A stretch of DNA of 58,748 nt from an uncultured Candidatus Saccharibacteria bacterium (GTDB lineage Bacteria > Patescibacteriota > Saccharimonadia > CAILAD01 > GCA-016700035), in contig CAYVVS010000004.1 in assembly GCA_964454845.1 (NCBI GenBank), positions 1 through 58,748 of the forward strand, written 5' to 3'. The notes beneath the pieces were generated by a model. The model did not search any database. It saw only the letters and a list, made by a program, of their open reading frames with translations, and was not told the DNA's origin. The position numbers and the translations under genes were made by a program. Within the stretch, counting starts at the first letter, position 1. Each line of letters opens with the position of its first letter. Positions 1 through 8,201 of the stretch are shown piece by piece.

Positions 1-10
1 TCTTTCCTAA

Positions 11-37
11 ACCTCCGTCAACGCGCGGAGGTTTTTT
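11..37 (+). terminator. Intrinsic terminator of an upstream off-window + strand gene
   Basis: ACCTCCG / CGGAGGT stem (11-17, 26-32) followed by a T-run at 32-37. Confidence 0.6.
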
Positions 38-74
38 AATTGAGCTTTGACGAATATACATAAAAAGATTTAAC

Positions 75-1838
75 ATGTTAACTATGACAAAAATTCCAGC
101 TCCCTCAAAAAAGCCACAGCAAAAAGAAGCCTTTTGGCATAAATGGGGAAAGTTGGTTGTACTCTCGCTGGCGCTGGCGATAATTGTAATCGACACCACG
201 CTCCTTAATGTGAGTTTGCGTGATATAGTTGCCGATCTAGATACGAACTTCACGCAAATTCAGTGGGTAATAACTATCTACACCCTGACTCTCGCGGCTT
301 TCACAATTACCGGTGGTCGATTGGGCGATCTATATGGTCGCAAACGAGTGTTTATGCTCGGCGCGATTTTATTTGGTGTCGGAAGTTTTATAGCTTCAAT
401 TTCCTTAAACATCACTCATATGCTGATTGGTGAATCGCTTATTGAGGGTTTGGGCGCTGCACTTATGATGCCTGCAACAGCCTCGCTCTTAGTTACAAAC
501 TACGAAGGTCGTGATCGCGCGATTGCATTTGCTTTCTTTGGCGCAGTTGCCGGGGGAGCCAGTGCATTGGGGCCAATTCTTGGCGGTTGGCTCACCACTA
601 ATTATTCGTGGCGCTGGGGCTTCCGAATTAACGTGTTTGTAGTGATTGTCTTGCTTGCTGGCTCGTTCCTTATCAAGGACGCTCGTGACAAGCTAGAGAA
701 GACCGAAATTGATTGGCTAGGCGTGGCACTTTCATCCCTTGGATTATTGGCGCTGGTATTCGGAATTATCCAAAGTTCAGACTATGGCTGGTGGCTTGCA
801 AAACAGAGTTTCGATATCTTTAAGACCGACGTTACTCCTTGGGGTCTGTCCATCACTCCGATCGCTATTGCGCTTGGCATTGCACTCCTAACGGCTTTCG
901 TTTTCTGGCAAAAGCGCCGCGAAGCACTGGGTCACACGCCACTGGTTAGTCTCAGCCTCTTTAAAAACCGTCAGTTTGTCAGTGGTATGTCGGTGACAGC
1001 CGCAAACTCACTCTCACTCACTGGACTAATATTTGTGCTTCCAATCTACTTTCAAGTAGTGCATGGCCTCGATGCCTTTCAAACCGGCATGGCGCTTTTC
1101 CCGCTTTCGCTGGCTGTGTTCATCTCATCTCCGGCCGCGCTTTTGCTTGCCAAAAAACTACGACCAAAAACCATTATTATGATTGGCTTAGTCGGTACGG
1201 CCGGTGCGGTTCTGATGATGATTCGCTCACTTACCGCCGGAGCAGATGTAAATTCTCTCATTCCTAGCTTGGTGTTCTTTGGGGCAAGCGTTGGTCTTAT
1301 CCAGAGTCAGGTCAACAACCTCACGCTCTCGGCGGTTGATGAAAACCTAGCTGGGGAGGCGAGCGGTGTGAACAATACTATGCGGCAGGTTGGCGCCAGC
1401 TTCGGAGCAGCGTTAATTGGTGCAGCTCTGTTTGCCAATATTGCCACTCAAATTGGCACAAAAATTCAAGCGGACAATATTATTCCAAACGCAGTCCGCG
1501 ACAAGATCGTTGCCCAGGCGCGTGAATCAGCCAAAAATGGCGGTATAGATAGTGCCGAACAAAACCAGCAGCCTGATCCGATATTCTTGCAGCAAATAGC
1601 CCAGCTTCCACCAGCTGCGCAATCGGCTGCCATCCAGAAATATCGCGAAGAACAGATTAGAATCGGCCAAGCTGTAAAAAATGATGTCGAAAACGCAATC
1701 GTCGTAGCTTCACAAGATACACTCTGGGTCGCGTTTGGATTTGCCGTGCTGGCTGTTCTGATAGGCTTCGGCCTCCCGAATGTTGGCTCATTTATGGGTG
1801 AGGGGCCAGGTGCTCGCAAACCCAACGTCGGTCATTAG
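75..1838 (+). CDS. MFS transporter, 14-TMS DHA2 (EmrB/QacA)-like drug:H+ antiporter
   Basis: 587 aa with about 14 hydrophobic segments. MFS motif A-like GGRLGDLYGRKRV follows TM2. Hydrophilic C-terminal tail. Confidence 0.85.
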   Translation: MLTMTKIPAPSKKPQQKEAFWHKWGKLVVLSLALAIIVIDTTLLNVSLRDIVADLDTNFTQIQWVITIYTLTLAAFTITGGRLGDLYGRKRVFMLGAILFGVGSFIASISLNITHMLIGESLIEGLGAALMMPATASLLVTNYEGRDRAIAFAFFGAVAGGASALGPILGGWLTTNYSWRWGFRINVFVVIVLLAGSFLIKDARDKLEKTEIDWLGVALSSLGLLALVFGIIQSSDYGWWLAKQSFDIFKTDVTPWGLSITPIAIALGIALLTAFVFWQKRREALGHTPLVSLSLFKNRQFVSGMSVTAANSLSLTGLIFVLPIYFQVVHGLDAFQTGMALFPLSLAVFISSPAALLLAKKLRPKTIIMIGLVGTAGAVLMMIRSLTAGADVNSLIPSLVFFGASVGLIQSQVNNLTLSAVDENLAGEASGVNNTMRQVGASFGAALIGAALFANIATQIGTKIQADNIIPNAVRDKIVAQARESAKNGGIDSAEQNQQPDPIFLQQIAQLPPAAQSAAIQKYREEQIRIGQAVKNDVENAIVVASQDTLWVAFGFAVLAVLIGFGLPNVGSFMGEGPGARKPNVGH

Positions 1839-1901
1839 AACTTGAATACTTGTTGAAAACATTATAAAATATCACGGTTCCCCTAGAGAAAGGTGAGTAC
1901 C

Positions 1902-2150
1902 GTGGCAGAAAAGATGTCGCGCAAGGAGTTCCGTACTGCTGTCATCGAGGTACTGCAAGATGGTGAGTGGCACAGTACCGAAGCCATCGCCGCCCAAGTG
2001 AAAATGATTCACGGCACAGTACCGAAGCGCTCTCGACGAGTACTCGAGTTCAACAGCATGGAGCTGGATGAGCTGGTGGAGAGCCGCATGGTGCATGGCG
2101 AAAGGCCTGCCAAGCTGTTCAGGCTCTATCTTGCCCCACAGTTCCCCTAA
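1902..2150 (+). CDS. Small winged-helix-like protein on a GC-rich cassette (hypothetical)
   Basis: Same frame as track ORF 1893..2150. I prefer GTG 1902 because AAGGTGA lies 5 nt upstream. TTGAAT-N17-TAAAAT promoter at 1842-1870. G+C is above the flanks (34/60 in 1981-2040). A GC-rich hairpin follows. Antisense 98-aa ORF 1872..2168 judged spurious. Confidence 0.5.
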   Translation: MAEKMSRKEFRTAVIEVLQDGEWHSTEAIAAQVKMIHGTVPKRSRRVLEFNSMELDELVESRMVHGERPAKLFRLYLAPQFP

Positions 2151-2170
2151 TAACCCCAATTTTTGCATAT

Positions 2171-2201
2171 CCCCCTCGTTCCGGCGAGGGGGATTCTATT
2201 T
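2171..2201 (+). terminator. Intrinsic terminator
   Basis: CCCCCTCG / CGAGGGGG stem (2171-2178, 2185-2192) followed by ATTCTATTT. Confidence 0.55.
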
Positions 2202-2274
2202 GAGCCATTAACCCTTGCATAAGTAGTATATTTCTAGTAAAATATTCCCCACGTCCACAACACATGGAGGAACA

Positions 2275-2514
2275 TTGTCATCCGAAAAGAAGAAGGGTCA
2301 GGCTCAGAAGAAGATCCTGGAGATCCTGGTGTCATACCGGGGCGAGAGCTGCCACAACCGCACCCTGACTGGCAGGCTGGAGAGCATGGGGTTCACCCGT
2401 CGGATCTACAAGCCCGCCCTCGATTCCCTCGTCGCATCTGGCAAGGTCATCAAGCTGCCGGACGGCGACACGCACTTCTGGCAGCTCGCCAGTCAGCCCG
2501 CCACCGTCTCCTGA
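2275..2514 (+). CDS. Small winged-helix-like DNA-binding protein on a GC-rich cassette (hypothetical)
   Basis: TTG start 5 nt after GGAGG. TTGCAT-N17-TAAAAT promoter at 2215-2243. 40/60 G+C in 2341-2400 with G/C-ending codons. The pattern KKILEILV...LDSLVASGKVIKL resembles helix-turn-helix plus wing. Strong terminator downstream. Confidence 0.6.
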   Translation: MSSEKKKGQAQKKILEILVSYRGESCHNRTLTGRLESMGFTRRIYKPALDSLVASGKVIKLPDGDTHFWQLASQPATVS

Positions 2515-2549
2515 CCTTGTCCGCGTGACATTCTCGCTCTTGTGAGACA

Positions 2550-2589
2550 GCCGTCCTTACGCATCATGCGTAGGGACGGCTATTTTTTT
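2550..2589 (+). terminator. Intrinsic terminator shared by convergent genes
   Basis: 15-bp stem GCCGTCCTTACGCAT / ATGCGTAGGGACGGC (one G-U pair) followed by TATTTTTTT. It abuts the stop of the minus-strand gene at 2580. Confidence 0.8.
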
Positions 2590-3308
2590 GTATTTTTCTT
2601 GGTGAGAGCCTTCGCTGGAGTGGTTTTTTTGGTGGGCTTTCTTGAAGTTACTTTTGCCGCTGCTGTCGATTTTTTTACTGTTCTCTTTTTTTTGGGCTTC
2701 CGCGCTACTTTCTTAGGTTCGGTAGGTTTTTCTAGCGCTGGAGTAACAGCAGCCAGGAGGGCATTATTTGGAATGGAGAGCTTTGCTTGAATGTCTTTCA
2801 CTGCCTGGGCATCAACGGCTTCTAAAAGAACGCCAGGCGCACCACCGATGAGGTCTAGCTGCACATATGCCGCTCGCAGCATGCGGTCAAACGGGTTCGA
2901 TACAATCGTCATTTTCTGTATATGGTTGTAATCAACTATTGTGGTACGGCGAGTTGGCCAGCCAGACTGAATCACCACTCCTTTTGGCGTAAATGCGTAC
3001 TTGGTAGATTTTGCTGACACAAGCGCTCGAATTAGTGCGTACATGGTGATGAGCGCCAAAAATGCAGCCAGTGCTCGGGGCAGTGGCGACAGGAATGCTT
3101 TTGCGATATCGCCATCGGCCATACCAAAGATCTGCGCGGAGCGAATGAGACTCAGGGCTGTAGCTGCGACAATGAGAATGAGCACCCACAAAATGAGCTT
3201 TTTAAACGCAGCCCACCAGTGATAGCCGAAGAAATATAATAGCGCCCGTCTAGAAAGCTTGATGGAAGTATCTTTTGTTGAACCTGGGGATTTAGCCTGT
3301 CGCGCCAT
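2580..3308 (-). CDS. Membrane protein with bacterial PH (bPH_2/YdbS-like) domain and Lys-rich C-terminal tail
   Basis: Two N-terminal TM helices followed by a YdbS/YdbT-like PH-domain pattern (TIVDYNHIQKMTIVSNPFDRMLRAAYVQLD). The last ~60 aa are K/T/P/A-rich. The track start at 3350 is possible; I prefer ATG 3308 (MARQAKSPG), which clears the msrA promoter. Confidence 0.6.
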   Translation of the reverse strand: MARQAKSPGSTKDTSIKLSRRALLYFFGYHWWAAFKKLILWVLILIVAATALSLIRSAQIFGMADGDIAKAFLSPLPRALAAFLALITMYALIRALVSAKSTKYAFTPKGVVIQSGWPTRRTTIVDYNHIQKMTIVSNPFDRMLRAAYVQLDLIGGAPGVLLEAVDAQAVKDIQAKLSIPNNALLAAVTPALEKPTEPKKVARKPKKKRTVKKSTAAAKVTSRKPTKKTTPAKALTKKNTKK

Positions 3309-3374
3309 ATTCTTATTACAGTACAACTTTTGACTCAAAACTCCAAGCATGAGGCGGAATGGTATACTCTAAGC

Positions 3375-3899
3375 ATGAAAATAGTTCTTGCTGGAGGATG
3401 CTTTTGGTGCACCGAAGCTGCGTACCAGATGGTGCGCGGAGTAAGCAGCGTAAAGCCTGGATACGCGGGCGGGCACACAAAAAACCCAACGTATGAAGAG
3501 GTAGTGCAAGGCAATACTGGGCACGCCGAAGCAATAGAGGTGGATTTTGATGAGTCTATCATTTCTCTTGAGAATATATTGCGTATCTTTTGGACTATTC
3601 ATGATCCGACTTCACTCAACCGGCAGAGTGCAGATGTGGGAACACAGTATAGGTCGTCCATTTTTTATGCAGATGACAAGCAAAAGCGAGTCGCCGTCAA
3701 ATCGGCCCAAGAAGCCCAACGACTATGGAATAAGCCAATCGTCACTACTCTGGAGCCGCTTTCAGATTTCTTCGAAGCAGAGCCGTATCACAAAGACTAT
3801 TTTACGAATCACCCCGAACAGGCCTACTGCCAAATTGTGATTAACCCTAAGCTGGCTCAGCTAAGAAAACTACATCAAAAACTCTTAAGGGATGTGTGA
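3375..3899 (+). CDS. msrA: Peptide-methionine (S)-S-oxide reductase
   Basis: GCFWC active-site motif right after the start (MKIVLAGGCFWCTEA) and full-length MsrA-like sequence. TGGTATACT extended -10 box lies 6 nt before ATG 3375, consistent with a leaderless mRNA. Confidence 0.93.
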   Translation: MKIVLAGGCFWCTEAAYQMVRGVSSVKPGYAGGHTKNPTYEEVVQGNTGHAEAIEVDFDESIISLENILRIFWTIHDPTSLNRQSADVGTQYRSSIFYADDKQKRVAVKSAQEAQRLWNKPIVTTLEPLSDFFEAEPYHKDYFTNHPEQAYCQIVINPKLAQLRKLHQKLLRDV

Positions 3900-4003
3900 A
3901 AAAATTCACAGCGCTGCTTCTTGTGTTTGTTAGGATAAAGCCACAGATAACGAAAGGGAGCACTTGAAAAAGATTCTGTATTTTTCGCAATTCATGAAGT
4001 ATT

Positions 4004-4261
4004 TTGGCAAGAATAGTCCGCAACTTTAAGAAGGCGGGCATTGTTGTGGTTATTATCGCTACGATTACATTTGGTCTAGCGATTATCGCTGGAATTGCAC
4101 TTTTAGTGCTATTCTTTCAGGTATTCTCAAATACTAATACCTCGCTTGATGTAAATCAGCTCGTCAGTCAGCTCAATGCGTGGGTGAGCGGATTATTTGG
4201 GGCTGGCCAAGAAGCTCTGGAAAAAGCGCCTGTACAGATAGAGCTGTCACCCTCGCAATAA
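4004..4261 (+). CDS. Small membrane protein (hypothetical)
   Basis: 85-aa ORF with one strong TM helix (VVVIIATITFGLAIIAGIALLVLFF). No recognisable family. Confidence 0.4.
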   Translation: MARIVRNFKKAGIVVVIIATITFGLAIIAGIALLVLFFQVFSNTNTSLDVNQLVSQLNAWVSGLFGAGQEALEKAPVQIELSPSQ

Positions 4262-4327
4262 CTACCAAGTTTGATTTAGGGTCGCCGCTCAGTGTATTCT
4301 AAGCATAAGCATTTAGTAAGGTGATAC

Positions 4328-5170
4328 ATGCAGTTTCTACGCAAACAGCGTTTGGGCATCGGGGCGATCGAAATTATTGTCGTTTTAGCGATATTGGCCG
4401 CTATTGGCGGTGGTATTTGGTATGCGCTAGCTGGCAGTAAGAAGCAAACAGAGACGTCAGTACCTGTTAACTCTGAAGGAAAGAAAGTAGGTAAGCTTAT
4501 TTGGCAGCAGTCTGCCAGTGGTTGGCAACCTTCGGAGGCACCGCCAGAATGTCCGGCTCAACCTATGCTAAAAGTACCAACCGATTTAAATAAAGTAACA
4601 AGCATTCTCTACCCCGGACAAAAGCGAGGGGGAAACTATAAGCCCCATGGCGGTTTCCGTTTGGACGGCACCGCCAATAGTTCAGTTACCGTGACAGCTC
4701 CAATGGATGGCTATGTTGTGCGTGGCGCTCATTATATTGAGCAAGGTGAAGTCCAGTATATGTTCGATATTATGAACAACTGTGGCGTGATGTATCGTAT
4801 TGATCATATGGCCGAGTTATCAACTAAGCTCAGGAAAGTTACCGAGGGTTGGCCGGCACCCCAAGTTGACGACACACGTACTCAGCTCGTAGCGTCAGCG
4901 CAGTATATCGAAGCCGGCGAAACCCTCGCAACTGCGGTTGGTATTAAGAAAACAAAAAATACAGGCTTTGACTTTGGCGTTTACGACTACCGCGCGCAAA
5001 ATGATGCAAGCAAATCAGCATCGTATCAGGCAGCCCATCAGCAAGACAAAGAACTCTCATGGCAAGCCGTATGCTGGTTTGATTGGGTTCCAGATGCCGA
5101 TGAAAAACGCATACGAGCGCTGCCTTCAGGAGACCCGGCAAGTGGCAAAACCAGCGACTACTGCCGCTAA
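4328..5170 (+). CDS. Secreted or pilin-like-anchored protein with possible degenerate LytM/M23-like domain
   Basis: AAGGTGA SD. N-terminus KQRLG|IGAIEIIVVLAILA has the prepilin class III signature (G, Glu at +5, hydrophobic helix). The C-terminal region has M23-like blocks (KPHGGFRLD, VTAPMDGYVV, YRIDHMAEL), but the HxH block appears replaced by FDFGVY. Confidence 0.55.
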   Translation: MQFLRKQRLGIGAIEIIVVLAILAAIGGGIWYALAGSKKQTETSVPVNSEGKKVGKLIWQQSASGWQPSEAPPECPAQPMLKVPTDLNKVTSILYPGQKRGGNYKPHGGFRLDGTANSSVTVTAPMDGYVVRGAHYIEQGEVQYMFDIMNNCGVMYRIDHMAELSTKLRKVTEGWPAPQVDDTRTQLVASAQYIEAGETLATAVGIKKTKNTGFDFGVYDYRAQNDASKSASYQAAHQQDKELSWQAVCWFDWVPDADEKRIRALPSGDPASGKTSDYCR

Positions 5171-5411
5171 GCCTTACTTTGTATATATCGTCCGCTGTGC
5201 TGATAATACGCTGTACACCGGCATTACTGTAGATGTCCAAGCTCGTATAAGGGAGCATAACTCATCCCCAAACGGTGCAAAATATACTCGTGCTCGAAGG
5301 CCGGTGGAGTTATTGGGTGCAAAGCAAGTAGTAAATCGATCACAAGCCCTCAAGCTTGAGGCATATATAAAAAAGCAACCTAGGCTTAAAAAAATAGAGT
5401 TATTGGCTTGA
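5142..5411 (+). CDS. GIY-YIG nuclease family protein (UPF0213/YhbQ-like)
   Basis: KPYFVYIVRCADNTLYTGITVDVQARIREHN...GAKYTRARRP is a classic GIY-YIG core. GTG 5142 has AGGAG 9 nt upstream. The track ORF (from 4938) has an upstream extension that overlaps the preceding gene. Confidence 0.85.
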   Translation: MAKPATTAAKPYFVYIVRCADNTLYTGITVDVQARIREHNSSPNGAKYTRARRPVELLGAKQVVNRSQALKLEAYIKKQPRLKKIELLA

Positions 5412-5412
5412 C

Positions 5413-5443
5413 GTCCTTATTGTAAATTATTTACAATAAGGAC
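5413..5443. promoter_or_regulatory. Perfect 31-bp palindrome (candidate Fur-family operator) containing the -10 box of the downstream gene
   Basis: GTCCTTATTGTAAAT-T-ATTTACAATAAGGAC has 15-nt perfect arms. The right arm contains TACAAT (5432-5437), 6 nt before ATG 5444. Confidence 0.65.
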
Positions 5444-5836
5444 ATGATTACTGCCTCCCGTACAACAAAATATTCATTGGCGGTGCAAGAAACCATACGC
5501 GTAAAAGGGCACGCTACCAATGCCGAAATCCTCGAGCAGCTAAGGGAGGTTTATCCGGAACTGAGTGCCACCACTGTACATAGAGTTACGTCACGACTTC
5601 TAGAGCGTGGGCTTATCGGCATAGCTCCTCAGGCACGTGATGGAGCTGCACGTTATGATGCCAATATTACGCCACACGATCATTTTTCGTGTTCGCATTG
5701 CTTCGGCTTACGTGATGTAGATCTGGACAGAAGTATATTTCAGTCATTAGAAAAAGAATTGGGGGGCTGCAGGATTACGGGGCAGCTTTTGGTCCAGGGA
5801 ACTTGTTCTCGGTGTAATGGAGGAGACGACCGATGA
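5444..5836 (+). CDS. Fur-family transcriptional regulator (Fur/Zur/PerR-like)
   Basis: 130 aa with an N-terminal winged helix, HDHFSCSHCFG (HxHxxCxxC) and a C-terminal CSRCNG (CxxC) pair. Confidence 0.85.
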   Translation: MITASRTTKYSLAVQETIRVKGHATNAEILEQLREVYPELSATTVHRVTSRLLERGLIGIAPQARDGAARYDANITPHDHFSCSHCFGLRDVDLDRSIFQSLEKELGGCRITGQLLVQGTCSRCNGGDDR

Positions 5837-6243
5837 AAAAAGTAGCAAGCATTGTTGGTACCGGAATAGCAATTGTTGGTGTGCTCATGCTGGGCCTATT
5901 CCTTGCAAAAGAGCCTCGATCGCAAAATATAGGCGCCGATTCAACTGTTAGCTCGCAGCAGCAAACTAACTTAATACCTAGTGATGCGTATGTGCTTGAT
6001 GTAAGGACACCAGAGGAATATGCCGGTAGTCACGCCACTATCGCACAGAATCTACCATTACAGACCCTAGAAGCTGGCACATTGCCACCCGTCAGCAAAA
6101 ACCAAAAGATCTACGTGTATTGTCGGAGTGGTAATCGGTCCGCTCAAGCAGTTACTGTATTGCGAGAAGCTGGATTCACTAATCTTGAAGATCTCGGCGG
6201 TGAAGATGATGCCCGAGCAGCAGGACTTGAATTTACAAATTAA
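5833..6243 (+). CDS. Membrane-anchored rhodanese-domain sulfurtransferase
   Basis: N-terminal TM helix. Rhodanese active-site loop YCRSGNRS. 4-nt overlap with the Fur-family gene. Confidence 0.85.
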   Translation: MKKVASIVGTGIAIVGVLMLGLFLAKEPRSQNIGADSTVSSQQQTNLIPSDAYVLDVRTPEEYAGSHATIAQNLPLQTLEAGTLPPVSKNQKIYVYCRSGNRSAQAVTVLREAGFTNLEDLGGEDDARAAGLEFTN

Positions 6244-6255
6244 AGGAGTACCCAT

Positions 6256-6507
6256 ATGAAAATTACCGTATATAGCACACAAACTTGTCCCTTTTGTACA
6301 ATGCTGACGCACTGGATGGATGACCAACGCATTGAATACAAAGAATATAAAATAGATCAGAATCCGGATAAGGCGCGTGAAATGATAGAGCGCTCCGGAC
6401 AAATGGGGGTGCCATTTACATATATTGAGAACGAGCACTATCGAAATGGGGTATTAGGTTTTGACCCCACGTCAATCGAACAATCTCTAGCTGCAGCAGG
6501 CAAATAA
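6256..6507 (+). CDS. Glutaredoxin-like protein (NrdH/YruB type)
   Basis: 83 aa with a CPFC redox motif near the N-terminus and a GVPFTYI block. Confidence 0.85.
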   Translation: MKITVYSTQTCPFCTMLTHWMDDQRIEYKEYKIDQNPDKAREMIERSGQMGVPFTYIENEHYRNGVLGFDPTSIEQSLAAAGK

Positions 6508-6508
6508 C

Positions 6509-6775
6509 ATGTCGGCAAATATATACGTGATTGACGTTCGAGAGCCACACGAATTTTCAGCGGGACATATTCAAGGAGCGAGAAATATGCCGCTAGCCAA
6601 GATGAGTCAATTTTCTCAAGAACACGCCGATATTAGAAGGGATGACAGGGTCATTATCTACTGTCGATCAGGTGGACGCGCAGGCATTGCCTGTCAAATA
6701 CTCAGCTCTCTCGGATATACACAGGTAGTAAATGGCATTAACCAGACTACCGTTGAGGCGGAGCATATTTCGTAG
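6509..6775 (+). CDS. Single-domain rhodanese
   Basis: 88 aa. Active-site loop YCRSGGRAG. Starts 2 nt after the glutaredoxin stop. Confidence 0.85.
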   Translation: MSANIYVIDVREPHEFSAGHIQGARNMPLAKMSQFSQEHADIRRDDRVIIYCRSGGRAGIACQILSSLGYTQVVNGINQTTVEAEHIS

Positions 6776-6800
6776 CCAGAAAAACCAGTATACTAGACAT

Positions 6801-7229
6801 ATGAAAAAAGGTGGATTATACGTTTTTGGGCAGTTTAGTTTGCTTGGCATATTGGTCCTGACGGCTAGTCAGCAACCCGGGGTGTTAAGTTTTATTATCG
6901 CGGCACTTGCTATACTTTTGGGACTAGCGGCAATGCTCGCCATGACAAAGCCCACACTGACGATTATGCCAGAGGTAGCTCGCGGCGCAGAGTTAAGTAC
7001 ACATGGTCCCTACAAGTATATTCGGCACCCCATGTACTCAGCTTTGATCCTCTTGGGGCTAGCAATGCTCGTGCAAGATTTTACGTATTTCCGTCTCGGT
7101 GTCTATTTAGCACTCATAATTTTGCTTATCTTCAAATCACGTTATGAAGAACGGTTACTTCTAGGGCACTACCGTACGTACTCTGCCTACCAAAAGAAAA
7201 CACACCGGTTTATACCCAAAATATACTGA
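6801..7229 (+). CDS. Isoprenylcysteine carboxyl methyltransferase (ICMT)/phospholipid methyltransferase family membrane protein
   Basis: Multi-TM protein with GPYKYIRHPMYSALILLGL, an ICMT-family signature. I prefer internal ATG 6801 (MKKGGLYVFG) over track start 6732, which overlaps the rhodanese gene. Confidence 0.75.
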   Translation: MKKGGLYVFGQFSLLGILVLTASQQPGVLSFIIAALAILLGLAAMLAMTKPTLTIMPEVARGAELSTHGPYKYIRHPMYSALILLGLAMLVQDFTYFRLGVYLALIILLIFKSRYEERLLLGHYRTYSAYQKKTHRFIPKIY

Positions 7230-7386
7230 GCATCCATATTTTCATACCCAGTAAAAGCACTGCATCGTTAATCCAACAAAAGCTTCTTACGCGCAGTATC
7301 CTTCCGTTCAGTATCACCCCAAATATTTGGGCGTAACGCGTTGCAGTTCTCAGAAAAATTTCAGCAAAACAGCCCAGTATATAAGA

Positions 7387-8187
7387 ATGAAGAATCAACG
7401 ACGCACCTATACCTTGGCTACAAAAGTTTACGGAAACACAGGTAAGCCACAGGTGGTACTATTACATGGCATCGCTACAAGTTCGATTATTTGGCGGGAT
7501 ACCGTCCGTCTTTTGAGTCGACATTACCAGGTGGTGACGGTTGATTTGTTGGGGCATGGGAAAAGCCCCAAGCCAGACGATGTTACATATACTACTGAAC
7601 TGCACGCCGACACTATTGTACACACCCTAAAGGCTCAGGGACTGAGTACAGAAAGTGTGTTTGTCGGGTTTTCTATCGGCGCCCTCATCGCTGCAAAGCT
7701 AGCAACAAAATACCCAGACCTCGTTGACTCCGTTGTACTCATCGCGCCACCCGTATATGCCACCAAAACGACTGAAAAACGCCGAGTTATTGATTCTGCC
7801 TATCGTAGGGCATATTCATATATAGGGCGACTCCCTAGAGCCCAATCGCTCAAAACTCTAGAAAAAATCCAACAAAACATGCCGCGCTTGATCGGTAAAA
7901 ATGTATTTAATGAGCATACCTGGTATCCAATTATGAGCTCTTTGAAATACACGGTGCAAAACCAATCAATTCATGCAGATATCGCAAAAATTAACCCCGA
8001 AGTCCCCATAACTATCTTGTATGGCTCGTTCGATCATCTTGTTATTAGTAAACGCGTACAGCAACTTACGCGCTTAAACCCAAAGGTGAGCGTTAAAAGA
8101 GTACATGCTCCACACGGGATTACACAAAGCTACTCACAAAATATTTCAAAGCTACTTTTTAATACCAGATTCACTCAGCCGATCTGA
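7387..8187 (+). CDS. Alpha/beta-fold hydrolase
   Basis: VVLLHG oxyanion block, GFSIG nucleophile elbow (GxSxG) and a C-terminal His (HAPHG). Start chosen at MKNQRRTY. Confidence 0.8.
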   Translation: MKNQRRTYTLATKVYGNTGKPQVVLLHGIATSSIIWRDTVRLLSRHYQVVTVDLLGHGKSPKPDDVTYTTELHADTIVHTLKAQGLSTESVFVGFSIGALIAAKLATKYPDLVDSVVLIAPPVYATKTTEKRRVIDSAYRRAYSYIGRLPRAQSLKTLEKIQQNMPRLIGKNVFNEHTWYPIMSSLKYTVQNQSIHADIAKINPEVPITILYGSFDHLVISKRVQQLTRLNPKVSVKRVHAPHGITQSYSQNISKLLFNTRFTQPI

Positions 8188-8201
8188 TATACTTAAAGCA
8201 T

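Noticed and set aside
1872-2168. 98-aa minus-strand ORF antisense to the first GC-rich mini-gene
   Set aside because: The promoter, SD-like sequence and terminator are all oriented for the plus strand. The antisense ORF is a common shadow in GC-rich coding DNA. Residual uncertainty is acknowledged.
2542-2790. 82-aa plus-strand ORF rich in Phe, Val and Leu
   Set aside because: It is the antisense shadow of the Lys-rich (AAA/AAG) tail of the PH-domain protein and begins inside the terminator hairpin.
4938-5141. N-terminal extension of the GIY-YIG ORF in the track
   Set aside because: It overlaps the 3' end of the preceding gene by more than 200 nt in another frame. Family members start a few residues before the (Y/F)VYI block, and GTG 5142 has a properly spaced AGGAG.
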